This document shows positions 17,569 through 26,884 of a DNA stretch of 60,910 bases, one piece after another. The DNA is taken from positions 1 through 60,910 of the forward strand of contig JABWAK010000004.1 of NCBI GenBank assembly GCA_013361065.1, written 5' to 3'. The stretch comes from Bacteroidota bacterium. Its GTDB lineage: Bacteria; Bacteroidota; Ignavibacteria; UBA10030; UBA8401. A program made the position numbers and the translations under genes. The notes under the pieces are model-generated. The model saw only the letters and a list, made by a program, of their open reading frames with translations, did no database searches and was not told the DNA's origin. Numbering within the stretch: the first letter of the stretch is position 1; every line of letters starts with the position of its first letter.

Positions 17569-20385
17569 CTAAAAATCCCAGCCGAAGAAGAACTGGTAGA
17601 ACAGACCTTTCTGCAATCGGCTCAGATCGTGGGTGATCCGTTTGCCGACATCATACCGCAGCACCAGGAACCCGCCGATACTCCAGCGAAGTCCGCCGCC
17701 GATGCTGCCGAGCGTCTCCTTATATTTATTATCCCACGCCGAGCCGGCATCGAAGAACGCCGCACCGCGGAACGAACCGAATCCGAGGTTCATGAAGGGG
17801 AGTTTCACATTCAGCTGGTCGACGAACGGGAAGCGGAACTCGTGACTGGTGAACCACATCCGCTTGCCGCGGATGGAGAAGCGGTAGTATCCGCGCATGT
17901 CCCAGCTGCCCCCCATAAAGAAGCGGCGTGCTTCCTGTCCTTCGTTCAGCGTGAGCATGAAGCGGGATGCGAATGCCGACCGTTCACTGATCCTATTATA
18001 GAAACGGGCATCGGCGATGGCGGTGTAGTATCCCACATTGCCATACTGCACATCCTGCGTGTACGCCAATGTAGCGATGAAGCGGGAACCGTCAATGGGA
18101 CCGGTCTGCATCCAGAGCGAGTTGTCGTGGACGAACGTGACGGAGTTGGAGAGAATGAGCGCCTTGCGCGGCATCAGATCGAGGTAATTATCCTTGTCCG
18201 AATTGCTCAGACTGATGCCGGATTCGACGCGCTGGAATTTGGAGAGCGGGTAACTGAGCACGAAGTAACCGCCGAAATTCCGTTCATAATAATAGAGGTC
18301 CGGATCGGTCAGGTCGTAGCGGCGGCCGGCAAAATGGAAGATACCGGTGGCGTAGTTCATCCGCTGGCCGAGGGAAACACGCGTCACCGCAAGATTGAAA
18401 CTGCCGAGGAACTCGTCCGACACCTGCGCATTATTGTAGAGCAAAAAATGATACTGATCGTTGCCGAGCACATCGCTCGCTGCCAGTGCCGCTCCTCCAA
18501 CCGTGCCGAAGATCGGATCGGTGGAGACCTGACTCTGTGCGATATCGAGCGAATATTCCCCCATGTACGGCTCGAACTTCACGGTGGAATCCTTGTCGAT
18601 GACCTTCGGGACCCACGCTGCGACGGCGGGAAGCGCCATGGTGACTGACTGACGGGATGTGTCGATGCGCTCAGAGACGCGGGAGAGCGAATAGATCTTG
18701 AAACTGTAATTCTCGAAACCGGAGAAGAGCAGCTCATCCTTGTCGGTCCACTGCGGATCGAAGAGCGCGCCGGTGAAATCGGTCACCTGCACCGCGCGGG
18801 AGCCCGGCATGCCGACGGACGCAGCAGGGAGCGCCCAGATGTTCTGCGCCCCGTCGATGTTGGAAGTGTACGTAAGATACTTCCCGTCCGGCGAGTAGGA
18901 TGGTGCATAGGCATTGTAGCGGCCGTCCGTGACAGCGGTGACCGCACCGCCGGAAACCTCCGCCTTGAACAGATTGTACGTTTCACCGGAAGGATCGGGC
19001 GTACGGTCCGAACTGAAGATGACCGCCTGACCGTCCGGCGTCCAGACCGGATCGCGGTCATCGTACGGATCGTTGGTGATGCGCTTCAGTTCCTCGCGCG
19101 GCAGGTCGTACGTGTACAGGTCCATCCGTCCCGCTTTATCGCTCGCAGCGAAGACGAGCTTCGTATCATCCGATGACCAGTTGGGCGAAGCATAAACGAC
19201 CAGTCCGGGGAACTGGAGCGTCCGCACCAGCCGGTTCTCCAGGATGTCGTACAGATGGAGCGCGTCGGTCTCCCCTTTCTTCGTCACAAAGGCGAGGAGA
19301 CCGCTGCGGGTGATATCCATCCTGCTCTGGAAGACGTGGAACGATTCGAACTCGTCGCTCTTCTCCCCTTCCACCACCTGGATCAGTTCCCGCTCTTCAT
19401 CCTTCTTCGCATCCAGGTTCGTCCGGTAGATGGAGGTATAGCCGGTGTGATTGCCGATGAAGAGCAGCTGACGGAGAGAATCGTTCCGGAAGTAGAGCGG
19501 CTTGGTGTTGAAGCCTTTCTTCACGACGGCGGAAGCGATGCGGCTGGTGAAATCGGCATCGGCCAGGACCGGGTAGTACCGTTTCTTGAAGGCGTAGATC
19601 CATTCCTCGTCCAGCTCCTTGTACGACTTCCCGATGGTCGCTTTCATCACTTCGTTGAACGACGTGCTCTTCCAGAAATTCTCCATGAGCAGCAGCAGTT
19701 TCTCTTCGCCGTACGTCTCTTCGATGTACTTCAGGATGTACTGTCCCTGCTTGTACATCAGGAATGTACCGTAGATCGCTTCCATATTCTGCAGCGGCAC
19801 GATGTAGTTGTTCAGCACGGCGTCGCGGATGAGCATCTCGGACTGGTCGTCCGGATGCGTGGACCAGACCTCGGCGAGTCCTTCGGTGAACCAGAGCGGC
19901 GGCATGCGGTCATACGGAAGCCGATGGTCCATCAGTACGCGGGAGACTTTGCTGTGCATGAACACATGCACCAGTTCGTGGCGGATCACATGGCGGAAGC
20001 GAGAGAGGGAGCCGTCGGACGGGATGACGACGCGTCCTTTCAGGAATTCGAAGAAACCGCCGACCCCTTCCGGGATGAAGCCGCCGGTGGTATTGGTCTG
20101 CTGGAAATGGAGGTGCGAGGAATAGAAGATGAGCGGGATGCGCCGGATGACGGAGTGATTGAACCGGACCTGAAGCTGGGAATAAGCTTCCTCCGCGAAG
20201 AAGGCTCCCTGCTGGGCGAGTTCCTTCATTTCCGGATAATAATAGATGTCGAAATGTTCGGTGCGGAGGATCTGCCAGTCGAACTCGGTGTACTGCACCT
20301 TGTTGTGACCGAAGGAGAAGTATTGGGCGGCGGCCGGAAGGACCGCAGCGGCCGTCAACGCTATGATGAGCACCGTGCGACGCAT
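17569..20385 (-). CDS. Outer-membrane protein: HExxH peptidase-like domain + TolB/PD40 beta-propeller + Omp85-family (bacterial surface antigen) beta-barrel
   Basis: Start at 20385 gives signal peptide MRRTVLIIALTAAAVLPAAAQ. HELVHVF is the metallopeptidase motif. PD40-like repeats are present (PNWSSDDTKLVF, PVWTPDGQAVIFSSDR, PSYSPDGKYLTYTSN). The C-terminal barrel has FFMGGSWDMRGY...AAFFDAGSAW...GGGLRW and a terminal ...FFFGWDF. Confidence 0.7.
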   Translation of the reverse strand: MRRTVLIIALTAAAVLPAAAQYFSFGHNKVQYTEFDWQILRTEHFDIYYYPEMKELAQQGAFFAEEAYSQLQVRFNHSVIRRIPLIFYSSHLHFQQTNTTGGFIPEGVGGFFEFLKGRVVIPSDGSLSRFRHVIRHELVHVFMHSKVSRVLMDHRLPYDRMPPLWFTEGLAEVWSTHPDDQSEMLIRDAVLNNYIVPLQNMEAIYGTFLMYKQGQYILKYIEETYGEEKLLLLMENFWKSTSFNEVMKATIGKSYKELDEEWIYAFKKRYYPVLADADFTSRIASAVVKKGFNTKPLYFRNDSLRQLLFIGNHTGYTSIYRTNLDAKKDEERELIQVVEGEKSDEFESFHVFQSRMDITRSGLLAFVTKKGETDALHLYDILENRLVRTLQFPGLVVYASPNWSSDDTKLVFAASDKAGRMDLYTYDLPREELKRITNDPYDDRDPVWTPDGQAVIFSSDRTPDPSGETYNLFKAEVSGGAVTAVTDGRYNAYAPSYSPDGKYLTYTSNIDGAQNIWALPAASVGMPGSRAVQVTDFTGALFDPQWTDKDELLFSGFENYSFKIYSLSRVSERIDTSRQSVTMALPAVAAWVPKVIDKDSTVKFEPYMGEYSLDIAQSQVSTDPIFGTVGGAALAASDVLGNDQYHFLLYNNAQVSDEFLGSFNLAVTRVSLGQRMNYATGIFHFAGRRYDLTDPDLYYYERNFGGYFVLSYPLSKFQRVESGISLSNSDKDNYLDLMPRKALILSNSVTFVHDNSLWMQTGPIDGSRFIATLAYTQDVQYGNVGYYTAIADARFYNRISERSAFASRFMLTLNEGQEARRFFMGGSWDMRGYYRFSIRGKRMWFTSHEFRFPFVDQLNVKLPFMNLGFGSFRGAAFFDAGSAWDNKYKETLGSIGGGLRWSIGGFLVLRYDVGKRITHDLSRLQKGLFYQFFFGWDF

Positions 20386-20449
20386 ACAGGAAACTACATC
20401 TTGGCGGGGAAAGTTGCAACTGAACAATCGTCAAGGGGACGAGCGGAGA

Positions 20450-21724
20450 CTACTTGATCAACACCATTGTTCGCTGAGCAGTGAATTCGCCTGATGTCAG
20501 CCGGTACAGATACAGACCGCTGGAGAGACCGGAACCATTGAAATCCACCGCATATTCACCCGGTTGTTGATGCGCATCGACCAGCGTGGCCACTTCCCTT
20601 CCCAGAAGATCATAGACGGTCAGACGCGTGGCTCCGGATCGGGGAAGACGATAGCTGAGTTTGGTGACAGGATTGAATGGATTGGGAAAGTTAACAATTC
20701 TAAACTCATTGGGTGATAATTTTGAATGTATATCATTAACGTGCACCAAGTAATCAATTCTTTGAAATAATCGCCCACTATCAGAAAGTATCCATGAATT
20801 CTCTTTTGAGCTTAGAGTAAATTTCTTGATTTTAATATTGCCTGGATTCCAGCTCCCTAAATAATAGCTTGAATCAGCTTGCGCCTTAACAAGAGCCGAA
20901 CCAGATCCAATTTTCAGGTATTCACCGTTTTCAAAAAGTGCGCCATAAAAACTACCACTCGATTCAATAATAGACATATCTAAAATCGGATTATAAAATA
21001 CAGTATGGTATATCGTCGGGTCTTCACCATATCCCAAGACAAAGTATCCAAGGGAAGTGGTATAAAATTCTGAAAATGCCAATGACAACCCATTGTCATC
21101 AACTATTGTCTTCCACGATAAACCACCATCACTTGATTGTCGCACATATCCAGTATTGGGTAATCCCCAGCCTCCGCTCACCACAATATTATTCTTATTA
21201 AACAGTACAAAATCACCGAAAGGATTTTGTTTTATAACGCTCATTGTATCCCATGTATTCCCCAAGTTTGAAGAGACAATCAAATATCCCCCCTGACTGA
21301 TAAATCCAATTTCTTTTTCGTTCACTAGTGATATTGAAAGTCCGCCTCTTTGTCGGACTGAGTCCGGCAGAGTTTTAACACTCCACGACTGGCCTTTGTC
21401 TGTTGAAATATGCAGATTGATCGGCATCGGAATCCTATAATCCAATTCATCAACCGCAAAAATTACTGTATTGACATAGCTTACTTTGGTGATGTTTGTT
21501 ATATTCGACAACCGCACAGTATCGCTCCATGATTTTCCGCCATCGGTTGTTGTTGAGTATATTCCTGTTCCGGTAAATACACAGCCGTTCAGGGAGTCGC
21601 TGAAATCAATTAAACTGTATTTTATTTTTGCTGCATTAATATACTTTTCCTTCCACACGCCTGTGGTGATAGATTGTGTATACATTAATGAAGTAAAAAT
21701 AATTGTGAGAATAATTTGGCGCAT
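20450..21724 (-). CDS. BNR/Asp-box beta-propeller protein with T9SS C-terminal sorting domain
   Basis: Four Asp-boxes (TTDGGKSWS, STDKGQSWS, SSNLGNTWD, SSDGGLSWK). The CTD is NFPNPFNPVTKLSY...LTVYDLLGREVATL...SGLYLYRL. Only the CTD-coding part (20450 to about 20695) is GC-rich. Confidence 0.72.
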   Translation of the reverse strand: MRQIILTIIFTSLMYTQSITTGVWKEKYINAAKIKYSLIDFSDSLNGCVFTGTGIYSTTTDGGKSWSDTVRLSNITNITKVSYVNTVIFAVDELDYRIPMPINLHISTDKGQSWSVKTLPDSVRQRGGLSISLVNEKEIGFISQGGYLIVSSNLGNTWDTMSVIKQNPFGDFVLFNKNNIVVSGGWGLPNTGYVRQSSDGGLSWKTIVDDNGLSLAFSEFYTTSLGYFVLGYGEDPTIYHTVFYNPILDMSIIESSGSFYGALFENGEYLKIGSGSALVKAQADSSYYLGSWNPGNIKIKKFTLSSKENSWILSDSGRLFQRIDYLVHVNDIHSKLSPNEFRIVNFPNPFNPVTKLSYRLPRSGATRLTVYDLLGREVATLVDAHQQPGEYAVDFNGSGLSSGLYLYRLTSGEFTAQRTMVLIK

Positions 21725-22035
21725 TGTTGGTCCTTTAACACTTGGTAATATTTTTACCCTTTTGTACCTACCTAAAATGCTTGAGAATATTCATGTTCAT
21801 CATTCAATACAGAAATTCACACAATGCATGAACAGAGTTGAAGCAGCATTGATTTCTCATTGCAATGTACCCTCTTCTGCCAATAACAGCAATCCCGTGT
21901 TCGCGTGATGCGCTGTCTGATTCGGCCAAGATTGTCCGATTAAACTAACTTTCCAGTTTAAAACAACAGCAGCACGAGTATTCCCCGTGCTGCCGTGTTG
22001 TTCTTATCTATCAATGACCGAGCGGTCAGTGCATC

Positions 22036-22126
22036 ATTTCACCTTCCCCAATTCCTCTTTCAGGAAGTCGATCTTCTTGACCGGGCTCGGGTCGACGCCG
22101 TTGAGCATGGCTAGATAAAAGCTGAC
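22036..22126 (-). pseudogene. Orphan duplicate of the last 30 codons plus stop of the SIS isomerase gene
   Basis: 87/91 nt identical to 22892-22982. It encodes VSFYLAMLNGVDPSPVKKIDFLKEELGKVK* and all 4 differences are synonymous. Confidence 0.85.
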
Positions 22127-22187
22127 TCAATTCAATATTTGTGTCCAGCATTAGCATAATGAATTGCTAATAAATGGTTTCAACCAC

Positions 22188-22721
22188 TTATTCTTCGACA
22201 ACAGAAAGATGATGTTTTTTAGCAATGCTTTTTATCATCCCATCTATCGGAAAATCATTCCTTAGGGCGACCATTTTATTGTTAAGAATAAAATGTATCG
22301 TGGATATTCGGCCCTTTTTCTTAATGAAGATAACTTGAGATACATCCTCATATGTAATTCGTTTACTATATATACCATTGCAAAAAATGAAGTACGAATC
22401 AGTGGCTTCATATTTAAATCGAAGTGGAATACTGGTCAATAACAGCACCAAGATGATTAATGCATATAAATATATATCCAAGAACGGATCGTTTTGCTGA
22501 ACTACCGATATTACAATGAATGCGCTCATAACGATGAAAAAGTTAATAACGATCGCTTTGACCCAAATACTCGCACATATCTTTGTTTCTGTGACTTCGA
22601 AGGTCTTGATGATCACTAAAACAAAATTTATCAGAAATATTCCAAGAATTGCGTCACCATAGTTCACTTTGTAACTTCCTTCATTCAATGGGACATTTAA
22701 TGATTGACAATCCAAACTCAC
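22188..22721 (-). CDS. Hypothetical membrane protein (3-4 TM segments plus a ~70-aa soluble C-terminal domain)
   Basis: AT-rich ORF with hydrophobic segments ILGIFLINFVLVII, AIVINFFIVMSAFIVISVV and LYALIILVLLLTSI. I recognise no family. Confidence 0.5.
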   Translation of the reverse strand: MSLDCQSLNVPLNEGSYKVNYGDAILGIFLINFVLVIIKTFEVTETKICASIWVKAIVINFFIVMSAFIVISVVQQNDPFLDIYLYALIILVLLLTSIPLRFKYEATDSYFIFCNGIYSKRITYEDVSQVIFIKKKGRISTIHFILNNKMVALRNDFPIDGMIKSIAKKHHLSVVEE

Positions 22722-22889
22722 AAAAGAGTTAAATCATATAACCTTTATTCTGAGCAAAACCGTTGAAGCGCACTCGAAACTATAATAAATAACCACTGCC
22801 TTATGTGACTTTAAAACACCAACAGCACAGAGGTCTTCCTTTGTGCTGTTGGTATAATTCTGTTCCTGAATAACTGTACGATTTCTGTA

Positions 22890-23939
22890 TTATTTCACCT
22901 TCCCCAGTTCCTCTTTCAGGAAGTCGATCTTCTTCACCGGGCTCGGGTCGACGCCGTTGAGCATGGCAAGATAGAAGCTGACCCAGTCCGCCAGATAGAG
23001 CAGCGAGAAGGTGCGGGCCAGGAGCGACTTCCCTTCGGTGTACACTTCCGTGATGCTGTCCGCCAGCGGCGCGATGATCCCTTTCGAGACCTCCATCCGG
23101 AGCTGGATGCGTTTGTAGTCCTCTTTATCGCGCAGGATGACGACGTGGATCTGTTTCATCAGACCGGTGAGCACTTCCCAGCCGACGATCTCGTTATGGT
23201 TCAGTTCCGGGAAGACGTGTCCGAACGCGAGCGTCTTGGCATTCTCGGTGATCTGTCCGCGCCAGCGTGTGTTGACCGTATCGAACTTGTCCGCACCGGA
23301 ATAGATGAGCGGCAGTTTGCCGTGCAGAGTTTTGGCGAGGTTCAGTGCCTGATTGCCCGCCGCATCGTGGTCCGCATAGCGGGCCGAGAGGGACTGCAGC
23401 AGCACCAGGGTCTCTTTGATCTCTTTCTTCTGGTCCTTGATGAAGCCGAGCTTGCTCAGGGCGATGAGCGTCGGGAAGAACGAATAGCCGAGCGCGGCGC
23501 GCGGTGGGAGTCCGCCGGGGATCTTAATGTACGGATGTTTATGTTTCTTCGCCATCTTCTCCACTTCACCGCCGGAGGTGATGCAGAAGATCATTGCTTT
23601 GCGTTTCACCGCATCCTTGTACGCCGCTACGGTCTCTTCCGTATTGCCGGAATAGCTGGAGACGATGACGAGCGTGTTCTTGCCGACGTAGTCCGGGAAG
23701 TAATAGTGACGGTTCACGATGACCGGCACGGCGCACTTGTCCGCCAGGTACGCGCGGAGCAGGTCCCCGCCGATGGCGGAACCGCCGAGTCCGGTGATGA
23801 CGATGTTCTGGATCTTTGCAGTCTTCAGTTTGATGGTGGCGGCATTGCCGATGGAGACGGCCTCGGTTGCCTGGCTTGGAAAAGTAAGAATGAGATTCCT
23901 CATTCCTTTAGGATCATGTTTTGCAATAAGAGAGTTCAT
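22890..23939 (-). CDS. Bifunctional phosphoglucose/phosphomannose isomerase (SIS domain)
   Basis: 349 aa with SIS motifs GLGGSAIGGDL and VIVSSYSGNTEET, and the length and C-terminal domain typical of archaeal/bacterial PGI/PMI. Confidence 0.78.
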   Translation of the reverse strand: MNSLIAKHDPKGMRNLILTFPSQATEAVSIGNAATIKLKTAKIQNIVITGLGGSAIGGDLLRAYLADKCAVPVIVNRHYYFPDYVGKNTLVIVSSYSGNTEETVAAYKDAVKRKAMIFCITSGGEVEKMAKKHKHPYIKIPGGLPPRAALGYSFFPTLIALSKLGFIKDQKKEIKETLVLLQSLSARYADHDAAGNQALNLAKTLHGKLPLIYSGADKFDTVNTRWRGQITENAKTLAFGHVFPELNHNEIVGWEVLTGLMKQIHVVILRDKEDYKRIQLRMEVSKGIIAPLADSITEVYTEGKSLLARTFSLLYLADWVSFYLAMLNGVDPSPVKKIDFLKEELGKVK

Positions 23940-24027
23940 ATGATAAAAAAAGATACGTTGCGGGATCGTGTATTAATGGAAAGCTTGTATTGATGCTGGA
24001 TTAAAAGGTAAAAGTTAAACGAGATTG

Positions 24028-24078
24028 CAGATTATCAAATTACAAATTATCAGATTACAGATTTCAGATTGTTAGATG
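24028..24078. repeat. Tandem 7/8-nt array CAGATTA-like x7
   Basis: cagatta tcaaatta caaatta tcagatta cagattt cagattg ttagatg. Confidence 0.7.
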
Positions 24079-24268
24079 ACAGACTAGAGCTATTGTACAG
24101 GAGCCGCAGAAACGATAGAATTCTATGTCCTAATTTAAGAAGTCTTGTCACCCTCGAAGGTCCGAACAAATCCTTCGGTGGGCTCCTTGGAATCGGAATG
24201 ACGTGATCGAAGAAACCTTGCGAAGGTTGATCATCACATGCATTGTAACCTTCGCAAGGTTTTTCAAA

Positions 24269-24341
24269 CTGTAGCCGCGATGGGTCATCGCGGTTCACTA
24301 CGACTCTGGCGCAAGACCGGGACGAACCGTCCCGGCTACAG
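24269..24341 (-). repeat. REPIN-like doublet (copy 3, inverted relative to copies 1-2)
   Basis: ctGTAG-CCGCGATG-ggt-CATCGCGG...CCGGGACG-aac-CGTCCCGG-CTACag. The neighbouring aaccttgcgaaggtt hairpin is also shared with 16924-16938. Confidence 0.8.
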
Positions 24342-24438
24342 ATATTTCCAGTTCGTCACTGAAGTCTTTTTACGATTCAGAAAACGATAATGGATCCCTG
24401 CTGAAAGCATGCGGGGATGACAGCTTTGCTTTCCCTCA

Positions 24439-24680
24439 CTTTTTGCGTCTCCGCGTCTTTGCGTGAGTGTTTCTTTCCTCTGTGTCCTCTGTGGCTCTGT
24501 GGTAATGCTCTTTTGTACCAGGCAGATTCTTCACTCGCATTCACATAAGATGCCGGCTCGTTCAGAATGACAGTGCTGTTTGAGTTTTTCCATCACGCCG
24601 GCGTAAACGCCGGCCTACGGGGTTAAAATGGACGGGATGCCATCCCGTCCTACTTCTTCTTTGCGTGCTTTGCGGTGTAT
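24439..24680 (+). repeat. Composite modular repeat (TGCG-word array, CTCTGTG nonamer x3, ~76-nt module, two hairpin-CTAC units, TGCG-word array)
   Basis: It has the same cyclic module order as 27905-28292. The 76-nt module ctcttttgtaccaggcagat...cagaatgacagtgctgtttgag aligns with 28045-28121. Confidence 0.75.
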
Positions 24681-24688
24681 TCTTGTTA

Positions 24689-24723
24689 TCTGATCGCTGA
24701 CGGCTGATAGCTGACAGCTGTTC
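24689..24723. repeat. Tandem heptamer array (G)CTGANN x5 abutting the ptsI stop
   Basis: CTGA occurs at 24690, 24697, 24704 and 24711, then CTGT at 24718. Confidence 0.75.
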
Positions 24724-26471
24724 TATTCTATCAACAACTCCGGCACCATGGTATGGAGATTCACGCGGAGGAAATCTTTGATGTCGTCCTCGGTCTTCAT
24801 TTCCAGCACGCGGCGGGCGATCTCTTCGGCTTCCTGATAGGAGACGGAGCGGATGATCTTCTTGATCTCCGGCAGCACGTACGGGGTCATACTGAACTCG
24901 TCCAGACCAAGCCCCATCAGCAGCAGCACCGCCATCGGGTCACCTGCCATCTCGCCGCACATGCTGACGGTCTTGCCGGCACGGTGCGCTTCGATGATGA
25001 TGAACCGGATGGTCTTGATGACCGCCGGATGGAACTCCTGATAGAGCGAGGAGACGTTCTCGTTCCCGCGGTCCACCGCCAGCAGGTATTGGATAAGATC
25101 GTTCGTACCGATGCTGAGGAAGTCGGTCTCTTGCGCGATCTCCCCTGCCAGCACGGCGGCCGACGGGACCTCGATCATCGCACCGACACGGATGTTCTCA
25201 TCGAACGGGATCCCTTTGCTGCGGAGCTCTTTCTTCGCCTGTTCCAGACTCTCCTTCGCGCGGCGGACCTCCTTCACCCCGGAGATCATCGGCAGCATGA
25301 TCCAGACCTCGCCGAATGCGCTTGCGCGGAGCATGGCGCGGAGCTGCGTCTGGAACACATCCGGCATATCCAGCAGCACGCGGATGCCGCGCCAGCCGAG
25401 GAACGGATTCTCCTCGCTGTTGGTATTGGAGACGACCTTGTCCCCTCCGATATCGAGCGTGCGCATCACCACTTTGTGGGGACGGGCCTTCTCCACGACC
25501 GCCTTGTACTCTTCGAACTGCTCCTCCTCGCTCGGATAGTTCTCCGTCCGCAGGAAGAGTCCCTCCGTCCGATAGAGTCCGATGCCGTTGGAGCCCTGCG
25601 CATGCACGTTGAGCGCTTCCTCGCTGAACTCGATATTGCAGCAGAGCTGGACGATCTTGCCGTCCGTGGTCTGCGCGGTCAGGTCCCGGATCTCCTTGAG
25701 GCGCGTCTCGAACTGCAGATGCTCCTCTTTCCGCTCGTTGCAGCGCGCGATGGTCGCCTCGGTGGGATGGATGATGACCGTGCCCGAGTACCCGTCGACG
25801 ATGATCAGGTCCCCGGTAGTGACAAGCTTGGTGATCTCCTTCAGTCCGACCACGGAGGGGATGTTGAGCGAACGGGAGAGCAGTGCGGCATGCGAGGTGA
25901 CGCCGCCCATGTCCGTGGCGTACGCCAGCACCTCGTTGCGGCTAAAGAGGATCGTATCGGCCGGGGTGAGGAGCTCGGAGATGACGATGGAACTCTCATC
26001 GAACCGGGAGATGAGCTTGTCCTGCTGGATGTTCCGGATGACGCGGTTCTTCACATCCTCCACATCGTGCGCACGTTCCCGCATATACTCGTCCGCCGAG
26101 TTCATCATCACCTGCTGGTACTTGGAGATCTCGCGGTGCACCACGTACTCGGCGCTGCGCAGGTCCTTCTTCACCCGCTTCCGGATGGAATCGAACAGCA
26201 CGCCGTCCGACAGGATCATGATCTGCGCTTCGAAGATCTTCGCCTTCTGGCTTCCCACCTTCTGCTCGGTGAGCTGGAGGATCTTCTGCAGTTCGCGTTC
26301 GGACTTCTCCAACGCATGCTGCAGACGCTCCAGCTCCAGCGTCACTTCGCTCTCGGCAATGGCCTTCTCCTCCACCCGCGGGGCCTGCTTGGCCACCACG
26401 TAAGCGCGTCCGGTCACGATACCGGGAGAGGCGGGTATACCGTGAAGCACTATTTCATTCTTGGAAGACAA
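24723..26471 (-). CDS. ptsI: Phosphoenolpyruvate-protein phosphotransferase (PTS enzyme I)
   Basis: 582 aa with GGVTSHAALLSRSLNIPSVVG (active His), a PEP-utilizer TIM barrel, and IGTNDLIQY. Confidence 0.93.
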   Translation of the reverse strand: MSSKNEIVLHGIPASPGIVTGRAYVVAKQAPRVEEKAIAESEVTLELERLQHALEKSERELQKILQLTEQKVGSQKAKIFEAQIMILSDGVLFDSIRKRVKKDLRSAEYVVHREISKYQQVMMNSADEYMRERAHDVEDVKNRVIRNIQQDKLISRFDESSIVISELLTPADTILFSRNEVLAYATDMGGVTSHAALLSRSLNIPSVVGLKEITKLVTTGDLIIVDGYSGTVIIHPTEATIARCNERKEEHLQFETRLKEIRDLTAQTTDGKIVQLCCNIEFSEEALNVHAQGSNGIGLYRTEGLFLRTENYPSEEEQFEEYKAVVEKARPHKVVMRTLDIGGDKVVSNTNSEENPFLGWRGIRVLLDMPDVFQTQLRAMLRASAFGEVWIMLPMISGVKEVRRAKESLEQAKKELRSKGIPFDENIRVGAMIEVPSAAVLAGEIAQETDFLSIGTNDLIQYLLAVDRGNENVSSLYQEFHPAVIKTIRFIIIEAHRAGKTVSMCGEMAGDPMAVLLLMGLGLDEFSMTPYVLPEIKKIIRSVSYQEAEEIARRVLEMKTEDDIKDFLRVNLHTMVPELLIE

Positions 26472-26498
26472 TTAACAGTCAGAAATTGATAATGGTAA

Positions 26499-26591
26499 AA
26501 TTCAGAATTCATAATTGCGCATAGCAGAAATATTGGAATGGATCACCCATAGTATCAATTATGCATTATGAATTCTGAATTAGAAATTGTT
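26499..26591. repeat. Heptamer arrays AATTNNN (26499-26519 x3; 26557-26591 x5) in the ptsH-ptsI spacer, partly inverted relative to each other
   Basis: aattcag aattcat aattgcg ... caattat gcattat gaattct gaattag aaattgt. Confidence 0.7.
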
Positions 26592-26605
26592 TTTAGCGCA
26601 AGAAT

Positions 26606-26872
26606 TCACACTTCGTCAAAGCCGCGGTCGAACAAACCCACGATGGCCACGGCGGCTTTCTCCTCATCCTCGCCGTCGAACTTCAGGCTGAGGGTGGAGC
26701 CCTGCTCCGCGGCAAGGGTCATCACGCCGATGATGCTCTTCCCGTTGATCTCGAACCCGTCCTTATAGATGAAGAACTCGCAGCGGAACTGCGCCGCCAG
26801 TTTCACCAATGCTGCGGCGGGACGTGTATGGAGCCCTGCGCGGTTCTTTATCGTGACTTCTTTTTCGATCAT
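26606..26872 (-). CDS. ptsH: Phosphocarrier protein HPr
   Basis: 88 aa with NRAGLHTRPAA (His15 region) and GKSIIGVMTL (Ser46 region). Confidence 0.9.
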   Translation of the reverse strand: MIEKEVTIKNRAGLHTRPAAALVKLAAQFRCEFFIYKDGFEINGKSIIGVMTLAAEQGSTLSLKFDGEDEEKAAVAIVGLFDRGFDEV

Positions 26873-26884
26873 AGGTCAGAGTGT

